A stretch of DNA of 38,708 bases. It comes from a virus (taxonomy: Duplodnaviria > Caudoviricetes). The DNA is taken from IMG/VR virus record IMGVR_UViG_3300023095_000006, positions 1 through 38,708 of that record, one strand, 5' to 3'. The position numbers were made by a program, and so were the translations under genes. Every line of letters begins with the position of its first letter. Positions within the stretch are counted from its first letter, which is position 1. Below the pieces are notes generated by a model, which searched no databases, was not told the DNA's origin, and saw nothing but the letters and a program-made list of their open reading frames with translations. Of this stretch, positions 9,488 through 16,759 are shown piece after piece.

Positions 9488-9713
9488 CTACTGCTTTTTG
9501 TTGATGAATAGAATCAGCAAAGCAGACGCCTAGATTTTGTATTTTGCATTGAATAATAGATAGCCATGCAAGCTCTCTTTCGCGTTCATTGTCAAATTCG
9601 ATTTCTAAACCTGTACAATTTCCCATAGAAAACATGATTTTGAATTTACCATCTTTTTCAAATGAGATCATATTTTCTAAATTTATGCATGCATCTTTAT
9701 GAATAAAAAACAT
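9474..9713 (-). CDS. Hypothetical protein
   Basis: ORF 9474..9749; likely start ATG 9713 (MFFIHK), downstream of the GC hairpin at 9730-9754. Confidence 0.6.
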   Translation of the reverse strand: MFFIHKDACINLENMISFEKDGKFKIMFSMGNCTGLEIEFDNERERELAWLSIIQCKIQNLGVCFADSIHQQKAVDEDV

Positions 9714-9765
9714 TTTTTTTCCATATAAAGCGGCGTAGTATGGCGCCACGCCGCAATTATTATTA

Positions 9766-9996
9766 CTATTCTTGAGGCTGCTGAGGTTGCTCTGGATGTG
9801 CCGGCGGTGTTACTGGCGCGTCTTCCGCTGAAGCTGCTTGATAGATTTGCTCTATGAATGCACCTAGGAAGAGGTACGCTGTTTCCATTTTATCGCCTGT
9901 TACTTTTGAGTAAAAGTACATCAGTTTGTTAGAAAGAGCCTGAGCTTGTTCTTTAGACAATGATTTCAAAATTTTATCGTCGTTCATAAAGATCAC
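9766..9996 (-). CDS. Hypothetical protein with P/Q-rich C-terminus
   Basis: 76-aa ORF overlapping the end of the upstream HTH gene. Confidence 0.6.
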   Translation of the reverse strand: MIFMNDDKILKSLSKEQAQALSNKLMYFYSKVTGDKMETAYLFLGAFIEQIYQAASAEDAPVTPPAHPEQPQQPQE

Positions 9997-10234
9997 CTTT
10001 TTTTTTGTGGTTTGAGCAACTCTTAACCCAATCTACAACATCTGATTTTAAAAATCTAATTTGGTGCCCGAATTTTAAGGATGGAATCGTTTGAAGTTTG
10101 TGAGCGTTATAGAAAATAGATTTTTCAAGCCCTGTTATTTCACTCAATTCAGTGACAGAAAACATATTTTTCTGCATATTCTCAATCTGTCTTAAGAATT
10201 TTTCAATTCCTTCGTATGACGCTTTTTCTTTCAT
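9974..10234 (-). CDS. Excisionase-like HTH_17 DNA-binding protein
   Basis: FSVTELSEITGLEKSIFY..IPSLKFGHQIRFLKSDVVDW is a MerR/Xis-type winged HTH. Confidence 0.8.
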   Translation of the reverse strand: MKEKASYEGIEKFLRQIENMQKNMFSVTELSEITGLEKSIFYNAHKLQTIPSLKFGHQIRFLKSDVVDWVKSCSNHKKKGDLYERR

Positions 10235-10262
10235 TCGACTTACTCTATATGTTTAAAGCTCT

Positions 10263-10291
10263 ATTTTATCATTCTGTTAATTATTTTACAA
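10263..10291 (-). promoter_or_regulatory. Sigma70-type promoter for the HTH_17 operon
   Basis: TTGTAA-17bp-TAAAAT with extended TG on the minus strand. Confidence 0.6.
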
Positions 10292-10299
10292 GAGAGAAA

Positions 10300-10330
10300 T
10301 AAAAAAGGACTGTCATTGCTGACAGCCCTT
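10300..10330 (-). terminator. Rho-independent terminator
   Basis: Minus strand AAGGGCTGTCA-GCAA-TGACAGTCCTT followed by a T-run. Confidence 0.75.
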
Positions 10331-10453
10331 AACCCACTCTAATTACACAAGCCACCCATTACGGTGCAACGTTATTTTCTGCCCAGATCCACCCGCGAGT
10401 TCATGCGCAGAGCATCCGTACTCTGCGCTAATGAAAACAGAAAATACGCGTCT
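10300..10453 (-). ncRNA. Candidate structured small RNA (~150 nt)
   Basis: Own promoter (TTTACA-17-TAAATT, 10488-10460), nested stems and terminator; no meaningful ORF. Confidence 0.5.
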
Positions 10454-10492
10454 AATTTTAATTTATCAGCGTATGAATTTGCTGTAAATTAA

Positions 10493-10795
10493 TTATTCTT
10501 TGGGAGCTTCCACTTCATCTCTGCGCTCGTTTGCGCAGCCGCTTTCATTAGATAAAGTTTTAGTAGTGGTCTCAGTTTCTTTGACTGTTTCGACTTGTTC
10601 TACTTGATCCATTTTAGTGACTTCTGCTTCTTCGTTTCTGATTTGATCTTTTTCCATATCTAGGCTCCTGTTATTTTTACGAATTTTTTGGACAGCTTCT
10701 TCAAGAGAAGATGCTATCACATTATGAATTTCTATGGGCTCGCGCATGTTTTCTGCGCTAAATCTTTTAATGCTGTACAAGTCTTGTTCTTCCAT
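10493..10795 (-). CDS. Hypothetical protein with acidic low-complexity C-terminus
   Basis: 100-aa ORF with GGAG SD right after the SSB-like gene. Confidence 0.65.
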   Translation of the reverse strand: MEEQDLYSIKRFSAENMREPIEIHNVIASSLEEAVQKIRKNNRSLDMEKDQIRNEEAEVTKMDQVEQVETVKETETTTKTLSNESGCANERRDEVEAPKE

Positions 10796-10807
10796 ATGCT
10801 CCAGAAA

Positions 10808-11218
10808 TTAAAATGGCAAATTGTTTTCAGGCTCTGGATATTCGAGCGGCAAGCTGTTTGATTGGTTATTCGAGTAATATGAAGGTTGAGCTTGCTGCTG
10901 CGGTGCTTGAAATGCTGAATGTTGCGCTTGCGCTTGAGATAAGATGCGATTGACATTTTCTTCAACGAATGATTCGATATGCTTTTTCTCAAAAGAGCTG
11001 TCAAATTCAAATGCGTCTTCGTAATTGTCTTTTCCGTCTTGTCTTGTTCCGCATTTATAAGCTGCTTTAGTGATCCAGAGAGAATTAGTGTTAACGCTAG
11101 GCGAGACTTTAAATCGAAAAACAAATCTGCGATCGAGTCTAACTGTAGCTATGCCGATATGCTTTTCGCCTGGCGTTTTGACAAATTCTAAAAATTCTAA
11201 TCCATTGCTTGGCATCAT
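10808..11218 (-). CDS. Putative single-stranded DNA-binding protein (SpoVG/PC4-like fold)
   Basis: Beta-rich N-domain, Q-rich linker and acidic tail ending in LPF, the classic SSB C-terminal tip. Confidence 0.65.
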   Translation of the reverse strand: MMPSNGLEFLEFVKTPGEKHIGIATVRLDRRFVFRFKVSPSVNTNSLWITKAAYKCGTRQDGKDNYEDAFEFDSSFEKKHIESFVEENVNRILSQAQAQHSAFQAPQQQAQPSYYSNNQSNSLPLEYPEPENNLPF

Positions 11219-11295
11219 TTGTATAAACCTTTTTTGTAATTACTTGAGATTCTTCTTTCTACAGTGTTTTTGTTAGAATATTACATTCTAGTACG

Positions 11296-11324
11296 ATTTT
11301 ATCATTCTACTGCGTTTTTGTCAA
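11296..11324 (-). promoter_or_regulatory. Strong sigma70-type promoter upstream of the SSB-like gene
   Basis: TTGACA-17bp-TAAAAT with extended TG on the minus strand. Confidence 0.75.
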
Positions 11325-11522
11325 CATGATCTCGTTATAAATGTCAGTGATATTGGAGAACTGCGCATCGTTTAGAAAGCCCCTTCTGCGCTTGCAGCTT
11401 GAGCAGTGGTGCACATATAGTCTATCACTCTCGCTAATCGATTTATCGACATCTACAATCGATTCTAGAATGTTTAAAAGATCCCTCTCACGCTCTAATC
11501 TCTCTAAATTATTCGTCTGCAT
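11307..11522 (-). CDS. Hypothetical protein
   Basis: 71-aa ORF overlapping the upstream gene end. Confidence 0.55.
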   Translation of the reverse strand: MQTNNLERLERERDLLNILESIVDVDKSISESDRLYVHHCSSCKRRRGFLNDAQFSNITDIYNEIMLTKTQ

Positions 11523-11772
11523 TTTGATTCCCTGGTTTCACGCGCTTGAGCTTTCGCGTTGGATACATAGCCGGGCAGACATCGCCGTAGCGCTTGATCA
11601 CAAGCTTTTGCAGCACGTCGCGTGAGTTGTCATCAATGACTTCATAGCCATATAGAGTTTTTATCGCATTCTGACAGCTCCAAAAAACATCACCAGGCGA
11701 TAGCTCAATCTCATGAACTGCGCCAAGCTTTCCTTGGATAGGGCTGCATAAAGGTTTTGGTCTTGGGGCCAT
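11509..11772 (-). CDS. Hypothetical protein
   Basis: 87-aa ORF with AAGG SD. Confidence 0.6.
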   Translation of the reverse strand: MAPRPKPLCSPIQGKLGAVHEIELSPGDVFWSCQNAIKTLYGYEVIDDNSRDVLQKLVIKRYGDVCPAMYPTRKLKRVKPGNQNADE

Positions 11773-11794
11773 CAGAATGCCTTTTTGTTAAGTG

Positions 11795-12544
11795 TTAGCC
11801 GGGCATGAATTGATTAAATTTCTTTGCTGCTTCGTAATCATCATCGGGATTATATGAAACAGGCTTATAATTAAAAAATTCACATAAGTCTTTAAAATAA
11901 TTTAAATTCACTACTCCAATTTCGCCGTATTTGTTTTTAGAAAAAATAATCTCTGCCATGCCAGGCTTATCATTTGCATCGTAGTATTCTCGCCTAAGAA
12001 TAAACATAACAACATCTGAAATATCCTCAATTCCGCCACAGTCTCTGAGATCTGTAAGCGTAGGCCTATGACCCGGTCTTTCCTCAACCTTTCTTGAAAG
12101 AGGAGAAGAAAAAACAATGGCTATTTCTTTATCTAAACAACATTTTTTTAACTTTAAAAGAATTGCTTTTTTTCGTTCATAAGAATTTTCAAAAATTTCT
12201 TTATCGTTAATGCATTCTATCGAATCTATAAAAATCACATCACCTTTTTCACAGCAAATTGCAATATGATCTATAATTTCATCTATCTGCCTAAACTTTC
12301 TATCGTCAAGTATTTTTGAATGATCAATGCCTTGTTTAAAACTCAATATTTGTGTTTTTGAATTCTCTAAAGAAATATAAATATATTTCTGCTTTATTTC
12401 TTCCATTCTCTGCATCATAGTCAGAATCAAAGCAGTTTTCCCCATTGCAGGCCTTGCGCCAATGCAAACCAGGCTTGGGCATTCAAATCCCTGACCTAGC
12501 ATAATATTTAAATCTTTAAATCCTGTTTGTGCTTTCATTTTCAA
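11795..12544 (-). CDS. Truncated, degenerate DnaB-like helicase (C-terminal RecA domain only)
   Basis: TGFKDLN, GARPAMGKT, SLE, IFID and LSRKVEERPGHRP..DLRDCGGIE..RREYYD..KNKYG; no N-terminal domain. Confidence 0.85.
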   Translation of the reverse strand: MKMKAQTGFKDLNIMLGQGFECPSLVCIGARPAMGKTALILTMMQRMEEIKQKYIYISLENSKTQILSFKQGIDHSKILDDRKFRQIDEIIDHIAICCEKGDVIFIDSIECINDKEIFENSYERKKAILLKLKKCCLDKEIAIVFSSPLSRKVEERPGHRPTLTDLRDCGGIEDISDVVMFILRREYYDANDKPGMAEIIFSKNKYGEIGVVNLNYFKDLCEFFNYKPVSYNPDDDYEAAKKFNQFMPG

Positions 12545-12559
12545 TCCTTTTTTTGTGTT

Positions 12560-12808
12560 CTACTGTTTTTTGTCTGTGTAAATGTAATCATTTATTTTTT
12601 CATCGAAAATAGCATAGCCATTCTCTCTAAGCTGCTCTAACATCAAATCGACTTCTTCATCTGACGTGTCATTTAGAAATTTTGTAATGTCGCCCTGTTG
12701 ATCAAGTAAAAGCGTTAGAAATCCTTTGCATCTAAAGCTTACATTTTGATCTTCCATGAAAGCTCTTGAGATCATCAGCGGCTTATTAGGGTCAGGTATT
12801 ATTGTCAT
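12560..12808 (-). CDS. Small winged-HTH protein resembling the N-terminal domain of phage replication initiators
   Basis: ISRAFMEDQNVSFRCKGFLTLLL..LEQLRENGY; likely start ATG 12808 after GGAG. Confidence 0.6.
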   Translation of the reverse strand: MTIIPDPNKPLMISRAFMEDQNVSFRCKGFLTLLLDQQGDITKFLNDTSDEEVDLMLEQLRENGYAIFDEKINDYIYTDKKQ

Positions 12809-13061
12809 TTTCTTTAACTCCTTCAATTGCATGTTCAATTTTATGAATTAGCTCTTGCTTTTCGTCCATAGCTGTAATTAAAAGATCGGATAAATAAAAA
12901 ATTATTTCTTCAAAAGAGTAGCATATGTCTTTTGCTTTGCCATTTATTTGCCATCGAATATTTTTATCTACTAAGATTATTTGAATGTTATTATGCGAGC
13001 CTTGGACAACTGAAATTTCTTTCGCGTTTAAGACATCCAAAGTCTCTTTGTCTAGAATCAT
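12792..13061 (-). CDS. Hypothetical protein
   Basis: 89-aa ORF coupled to the rep stop by a 4-nt overlap. Confidence 0.6.
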   Translation of the reverse strand: MILDKETLDVLNAKEISVVQGSHNNIQIILVDKNIRWQINGKAKDICYSFEEIIFYLSDLLITAMDEKQELIHKIEHAIEGVKENDNNT

Positions 13062-14005
13062 AATTTTCCTTTATAGTTTTCAATATAATTATTTAAAGCA
13101 TTTGTGAACGCTTGAGGTTGTAAATTTAGAAAGAGAGTTTCGGGCGCCTCTTTTAAATTCTTCTTTAACTTAACAACAGTTTTAAGAATCAATAATCCGG
13201 TAAGATTGTGTTCTTGCTTCATGCATTCTGCATATATTTTATTCTGCCATGTGTTTGTTTCTCCTTGAGCATAATTGTGCTTAATATAACCTTGAAGCAT
13301 TTGCTCATAACTTTTTTTAGGTTGAATTCCTTTTTTTAATTGCTCTTCAAAATACACCACAGTTCCCCTTAGCCTATGCATGTCATTTTCTGAGTATTTA
13401 GCTATGCTTCTGCGCATATGAAGAGAAATGCAAGTTCCGTCAGGGAATTTATACGTATCAGGATCAAAAAAAACGATATCGGAAGATTGAAAAGAAGAAC
13501 GATCATCTGTAACGTTATTATCGTTCTTCTTAGGTATCTTCTCTTCGTTTTCTTTATATATATGAGGGGTTTGCCCCTTTCGGACAATCCGGTTTGCCCC
13601 TTTCGGACAATCCGGTTTGCCCTTTTGTGACAAACTGTAATCTTTTTTTAAGAGTCCATAAATCTCTAATATTTTCTCATCAATCAATCTAAAATGACGT
13701 TTATTGCCTAATTGAAAGTTTTCCTGTTCTATGAGTCCATTTTCTACAAGAATTTCAATTGCAGTCAGTTGTTCTTTTCTGGAAAGTGACGTTCGGTCTT
13801 CAACTTTTTCGATAGTCATGTAAAACCATCCTTCTCCATAGCGCTGGTCACTTACAAGCTCATCCCTAGTAGTATGATATTGCCTTCTCTGCGCAAGCTC
13901 GCTAAGCAATACAGATGCGTTTAAAGACTTCAGATGCTTTGCAATTGATCGGCTGTAAATGCCGTAATCTTGTTGATAAAGAAAAAAGAGGGGATCTATT
14001 GACAT
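13058..14005 (-). CDS. Replication initiator (lambda O-like, N-terminal wHTH, internal iterons)
   Basis: SLNASVLLSEL..GWFYMTIEKVEDRTSLSRKEQLTAIEILVENGLI wHTH; internal 23-bp repeats; start ATG 14005 after AAGGA. Confidence 0.8.
   Translation of the reverse strand: MSIDPLFFLYQQDYGIYSRSIAKHLKSLNASVLLSELAQRRQYHTTRDELVSDQRYGEGWFYMTIEKVEDRTSLSRKEQLTAIEILVENGLIEQENFQLGNKRHFRLIDEKILEIYGLLKKDYSLSQKGKPDCPKGANRIVRKGQTPHIYKENEEKIPKKNDNNVTDDRSSFQSSDIVFFDPDTYKFPDGTCISLHMRRSIAKYSENDMHRLRGTVVYFEEQLKKGIQPKKSYEQMLQGYIKHNYAQGETNTWQNKIYAECMKQEHNLTGLLILKTVVKLKKNLKEAPETLFLNLQPQAFTNALNNYIENYKGKL
13568..13636. repeat. Replication origin iterons: 3 x 23 bp GGTTTGCCCCTTTCGGACAATCC
   Basis: Two exact copies (13568-13590, 13591-13613) and one 18/23 copy. 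The unit length is not a multiple of 3. An AT-rich tract lies adjacent (13540-13565). Confidence 0.8.
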
Positions 14006-14044
14006 AGTAATTCCTTTTAGTGGAATAACCATTCAAGTAAACAA

Positions 14045-14131
14045 TTAACTTTGCAATAAAAGAAATAAATAGCTATTTACAAAAATTCGCGAATGCGTTA
14101 AATTTGATGCATAACCATCGATTGGCGTCAT
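14045..14131 (-). CDS. Possible leader peptide (28 aa) upstream of rep
   Basis: MTPIDGYASNLTHSRIFVNSYLFLLLQS after AAGGA, although the SD-ATG spacing is long (12 nt). Confidence 0.3.
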   Translation of the reverse strand: MTPIDGYASNLTHSRIFVNSYLFLLLQS

Positions 14132-14247
14132 ATCAAGTTAATTCCTTGAGTGGTTACCAGATTGCTTCAACAATCTGTATTGTTTTTGTTTGTTCTTGTG
14201 TAGTATTTTCTTTGTGAAGCCCGCACCAGTTGCGGGCTTTCGCTTTT
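14076..14247 (+). ncRNA. Candidate antisense RNA to the rep leader, including its promoter and terminator
   Basis: TTTACA-17-TAAATT (14076-14104); hairpin CAGATTG/CAATCTG; terminator AAGCCCGCA-CCAGT-TGCGGGCTT followed by TCGCTTTT. Confidence 0.5.
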
Positions 14248-14256
14248 AAACATCTC

Positions 14257-14285
14257 ATTTTATTATCTTCTGAATATAATCTCAA
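14257..14285 (-). promoter_or_regulatory. Promoter of the rep leader transcript
   Basis: TTGAGA-17bp-TAAAAT on the minus strand. Confidence 0.55.
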
Positions 14286-14356
14286 CTCAATTCTAACGCG
14301 CTGAATGCTTTTTTATTATATGCATATTAAATAATTAAATATATTATAATATTACA

Positions 14357-15265
14357 TTACTCGCAGTCCTTCTCGTAGCTATCAATAGCCCGCTGTAGAT
14401 ACCACTGCGCTTTTTTAAAGTCCTCCAGGGCGTCGCCTTTTTTGCCTGCGCGCAGCAGATATTTTATGACATTTCCTGTGAGAAAATTCAGCTGGAATGC
14501 TTCGATGATGTCGATTACTTCCATTTTTGATGACTGATAATATGACGGGTGATTAATCGCTCTATTTTTTATCGTTTTCTTTACAGATTCGTAATCTGTG
14601 TCGACAAAAGTGTTATTTTCTGATTTTTTTCGTTCATCTAGCTTTACATTAAGCTTTTTGCACTGCTCGCATGTTAGAGAGCTTTTGCATAAACCATGTA
14701 AATCCCATCCATTTGTAGCTAAACAATGACCACAAAATAAAGTCTGTATTTGAAATGATTCGGTTCTTTTGTGATTAAAATCATCCAGCATTTTTTTCAA
14801 TTTTTCTTGCTTTTCTTTAAATTCCTCATTATTTTCGCTATGAATTTGATAGGCTTCTTTTTGTGATAATTTGCATTTAACGCAAAACCAGTCATTACAA
14901 TCTTCACTTTTTCTAAAAAATTTTTTTTCCTCACATGAAAAACAATATGCAATCGTTTGATGTTCCGGCTTTATATTAAGATCTTTGCATTCTTCGCATT
15001 CTAAAGAAGCTTTCCAAAGCGAGGGCATATCCCAGCCATGGACATATTTGCAATCGTCGCAAAATGATCTTGAAACATCTGAATCGTTGCTTTTAGCGTC
15101 ACACTCAAAAATAGCTTGTCGCAGTGCTTCTTTGTGTATGTCATTTGATTCATTGTTTTTTTTATCTACTGGCTTGCAGTCATGACAATAAATTTTTCCT
15201 GATTGAATAACAGTAGAACACAATTTGTACTTTTCACACTGATCACAAAAAGCATATGCAGTCAT
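14357..15265 (-). CDS. DUF3310 (T7 gp1.7-like) domain protein with four N-terminal Cys4 zinc fingers
   Basis: C-terminal INHPSYY..EVIDII..FLTGNVIKYLLRAGKKG..EDFKKAQWYL; eight CxxC pairs upstream. Confidence 0.8.
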   Translation of the reverse strand: MTAYAFCDQCEKYKLCSTVIQSGKIYCHDCKPVDKKNNESNDIHKEALRQAIFECDAKSNDSDVSRSFCDDCKYVHGWDMPSLWKASLECEECKDLNIKPEHQTIAYCFSCEEKKFFRKSEDCNDWFCVKCKLSQKEAYQIHSENNEEFKEKQEKLKKMLDDFNHKRTESFQIQTLFCGHCLATNGWDLHGLCKSSLTCEQCKKLNVKLDERKKSENNTFVDTDYESVKKTIKNRAINHPSYYQSSKMEVIDIIEAFQLNFLTGNVIKYLLRAGKKGDALEDFKKAQWYLQRAIDSYEKDCE

Positions 15266-15304
15266 TTTTAAATTCCTTTGTTAATCTATCTATGTAAAGC
15301 GGAT

Positions 15305-15517
15305 TTACATCTGTTTTTTCTGAGCTAAAATTTCTAATGACATTTTTCCTGCGATGATCATTTCTGTTAGAGCTTTGTGAGACTCTATTAATTTATCTAG
15401 CAAAGTTGAAAAATTTATTTTTGAATCTGAAGCCATTTCATCTGCTTCTGCAAGCTTTTCAGACATCAACTGGCCTTTTCTGCCAAATTCTTCTCTAAAA
15501 TCTTCTAGCGTTTTCAT
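15305..15517 (-). CDS. Hypothetical helical protein
   Basis: 70-aa ORF with a 4-nt overlap to the upstream gene. Confidence 0.6.
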   Translation of the reverse strand: MKTLEDFREEFGRKGQLMSEKLAEADEMASDSKINFSTLLDKLIESHKALTEMIIAGKMSLEILAQKKQM

Positions 15518-16008
15518 TTTTGATCTCCGAAAATATCTATCTGCGAATTTAATTTGAACGCTTCTTCTAAAGCTGCTCTAATCATGTCATTTGTCGACAC
15601 TGTGCTGTTTGTCTCTATCGATTTTTTGTTAGCTTGTAGGCGAATTAAAGCGTAAAGATCACGATTTATGCGAAAGCATACGCTCACGCCTTCACTTCCT
15701 ATGATTTTTCGCTTAGCGTTATTCGAGTTGACGTGTTTTTTTGCGCCAGATTTTATGTAACACCAAGAAAAGTTAAACTTTGAGAATGCTTTATTTGATT
15801 CGTCTAAAAGCTTCATGCCGTTGCACATTTCCGGCATAGCGCCGACATCATTGAAAAAAGCGTCGAATGTTGACCATTCCTCAGGCCATGTGATGCCTCG
15901 CTTGCCGTAGTGTGAGAATTTTGGATCCGTCGGCTTCGTGCATGCTCGTTTCATTCGCGCCCAGGCTGAATATTCTCGCAGATATTTTTCTCTCAGACTC
16001 ATTGTCAT
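15514..16008 (-). CDS. Degenerate HNH-endonuclease-derived domain fused to a ribbon-helix-helix
   Basis: EYSAWARMKRAC..YGKRGI..EW..FDAFFNDVG resembles phage HNH proteins; C-terminal VSVCFRINRDLYALIR..STNDMIRAALEE is RHH-like. Confidence 0.65.
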   Translation of the reverse strand: MTMSLREKYLREYSAWARMKRACTKPTDPKFSHYGKRGITWPEEWSTFDAFFNDVGAMPEMCNGMKLLDESNKAFSKFNFSWCYIKSGAKKHVNSNNAKRKIIGSEGVSVCFRINRDLYALIRLQANKKSIETNSTVSTNDMIRAALEEAFKLNSQIDIFGDQK

Positions 16009-16462
16009 TTTCTCCGAAATTGAATTCTAGTTGATCATTTTGTACGGGATATTTTTCTAGCACGCAACCGCGCATTAATTTTGAAAATGTTTTTCCAGTG
16101 TCTTTTGCCAGCTTTTTAATTGCGATAAAATTCTCGACCGGAATTGTAAAGCTAACTTGCACATAGTCGCGCGGGTGCCATAGCCTTACTAGCGTAGTCT
16201 GTTTGATACAGCGTGGGTTTAGATCGCTGTATTTTCGATGCACTGCGCCGTGGCATGTATTGCATAGCCATACGACTTTTAACGGGTTTCCGTAGTCTGT
16301 GTGATGCGCAACGGTTTTGTATTGCACCCTACAGCGTTCGCAGTGAGAAGCGCGCGTTAATTCGCCGCGTTTAATCATATCATTAGTGATGCGTCTAGCT
16401 GTTGCTTTCTGCTTATATTCTATAAAATCTTTATTACTGATTTTGTATTTTAGAGTTGTCAT
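15881..16462 (-). CDS. HNH-like zinc-binding domain fused to a ribbon-helix-helix
   Basis: CERC..AHHTDYGNPLKVVWLCNTCHGAVH, then VQVSFTIPVENFIAIKKLAKDTGKTFSKLMR. Confidence 0.7.
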   Translation of the reverse strand: MTTLKYKISNKDFIEYKQKATARRITNDMIKRGELTRASHCERCRVQYKTVAHHTDYGNPLKVVWLCNTCHGAVHRKYSDLNPRCIKQTTLVRLWHPRDYVQVSFTIPVENFIAIKKLAKDTGKTFSKLMRGCVLEKYPVQNDQLEFNFGENDNESERKISARIFSLGANETSMHEADGSKILTLRQARHHMA

Positions 16463-16531
16463 TTTGATTATTTTGCAATTTCAATTAGCATTATTTATTG
16501 TTTCATGAAACAAATGTGGGAATGTTCATAA

Positions 16532-16759
16532 CTATTTAGCTATGGCATTCTTAAATTGTCCGCCGCGATTTTTTATTTGCGGTTGGACTTCAGAATTAGT
16601 GATAAAAAAAACTTTTCTAGCTATTGTTTCGTCTACAGCTTTGTTTTTTTTAATCGCATAGACAGTGTTGCGATGGCAGCCGATCATTTCAGCGAATTCA
16701 TACATTTTTAAATTATTTTTACGCAGCCATCTTTCTAAAGGAGTTATTTCATTATTCAT
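16532..16759 (-). CDS. Cro/XRE-type HTH transcriptional regulator
   Basis: LERWLRKNNLKMYEFAEMIGCHRNTVYAIKK; start ATG 16759 after GGAG; first gene of the leftward arm. Confidence 0.8.
   Translation of the reverse strand: MNNEITPLERWLRKNNLKMYEFAEMIGCHRNTVYAIKKNKAVDETIARKVFFITNSEVQPQIKNRGGQFKNAIAK

Noticed and set aside
9730-9754. GC hairpin GCGGCGT/ACGCCGC as a terminator
   Set aside because: The 11-nt loop and only a 3-T tail are weak; at most an attenuator or processing site.
10330-10450. Hammerhead or twister ribozyme
   Set aside because: CTAATGA and CACAAGCC only partly resemble the cores, and the required stems could not be assembled.
10732-11124. Alternative-frame or antisense ORFs in the regulatory and early arms (also 7514, 11911, 13402, 17755, 18063, 18849, 19654, 25436, 31127)
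   Set aside because: They overlap better-supported genes and lack family motifs.
13568-13636. Mini CRISPR array
   Set aside because: The repeats are contiguous without spacers and lie inside the initiator gene.
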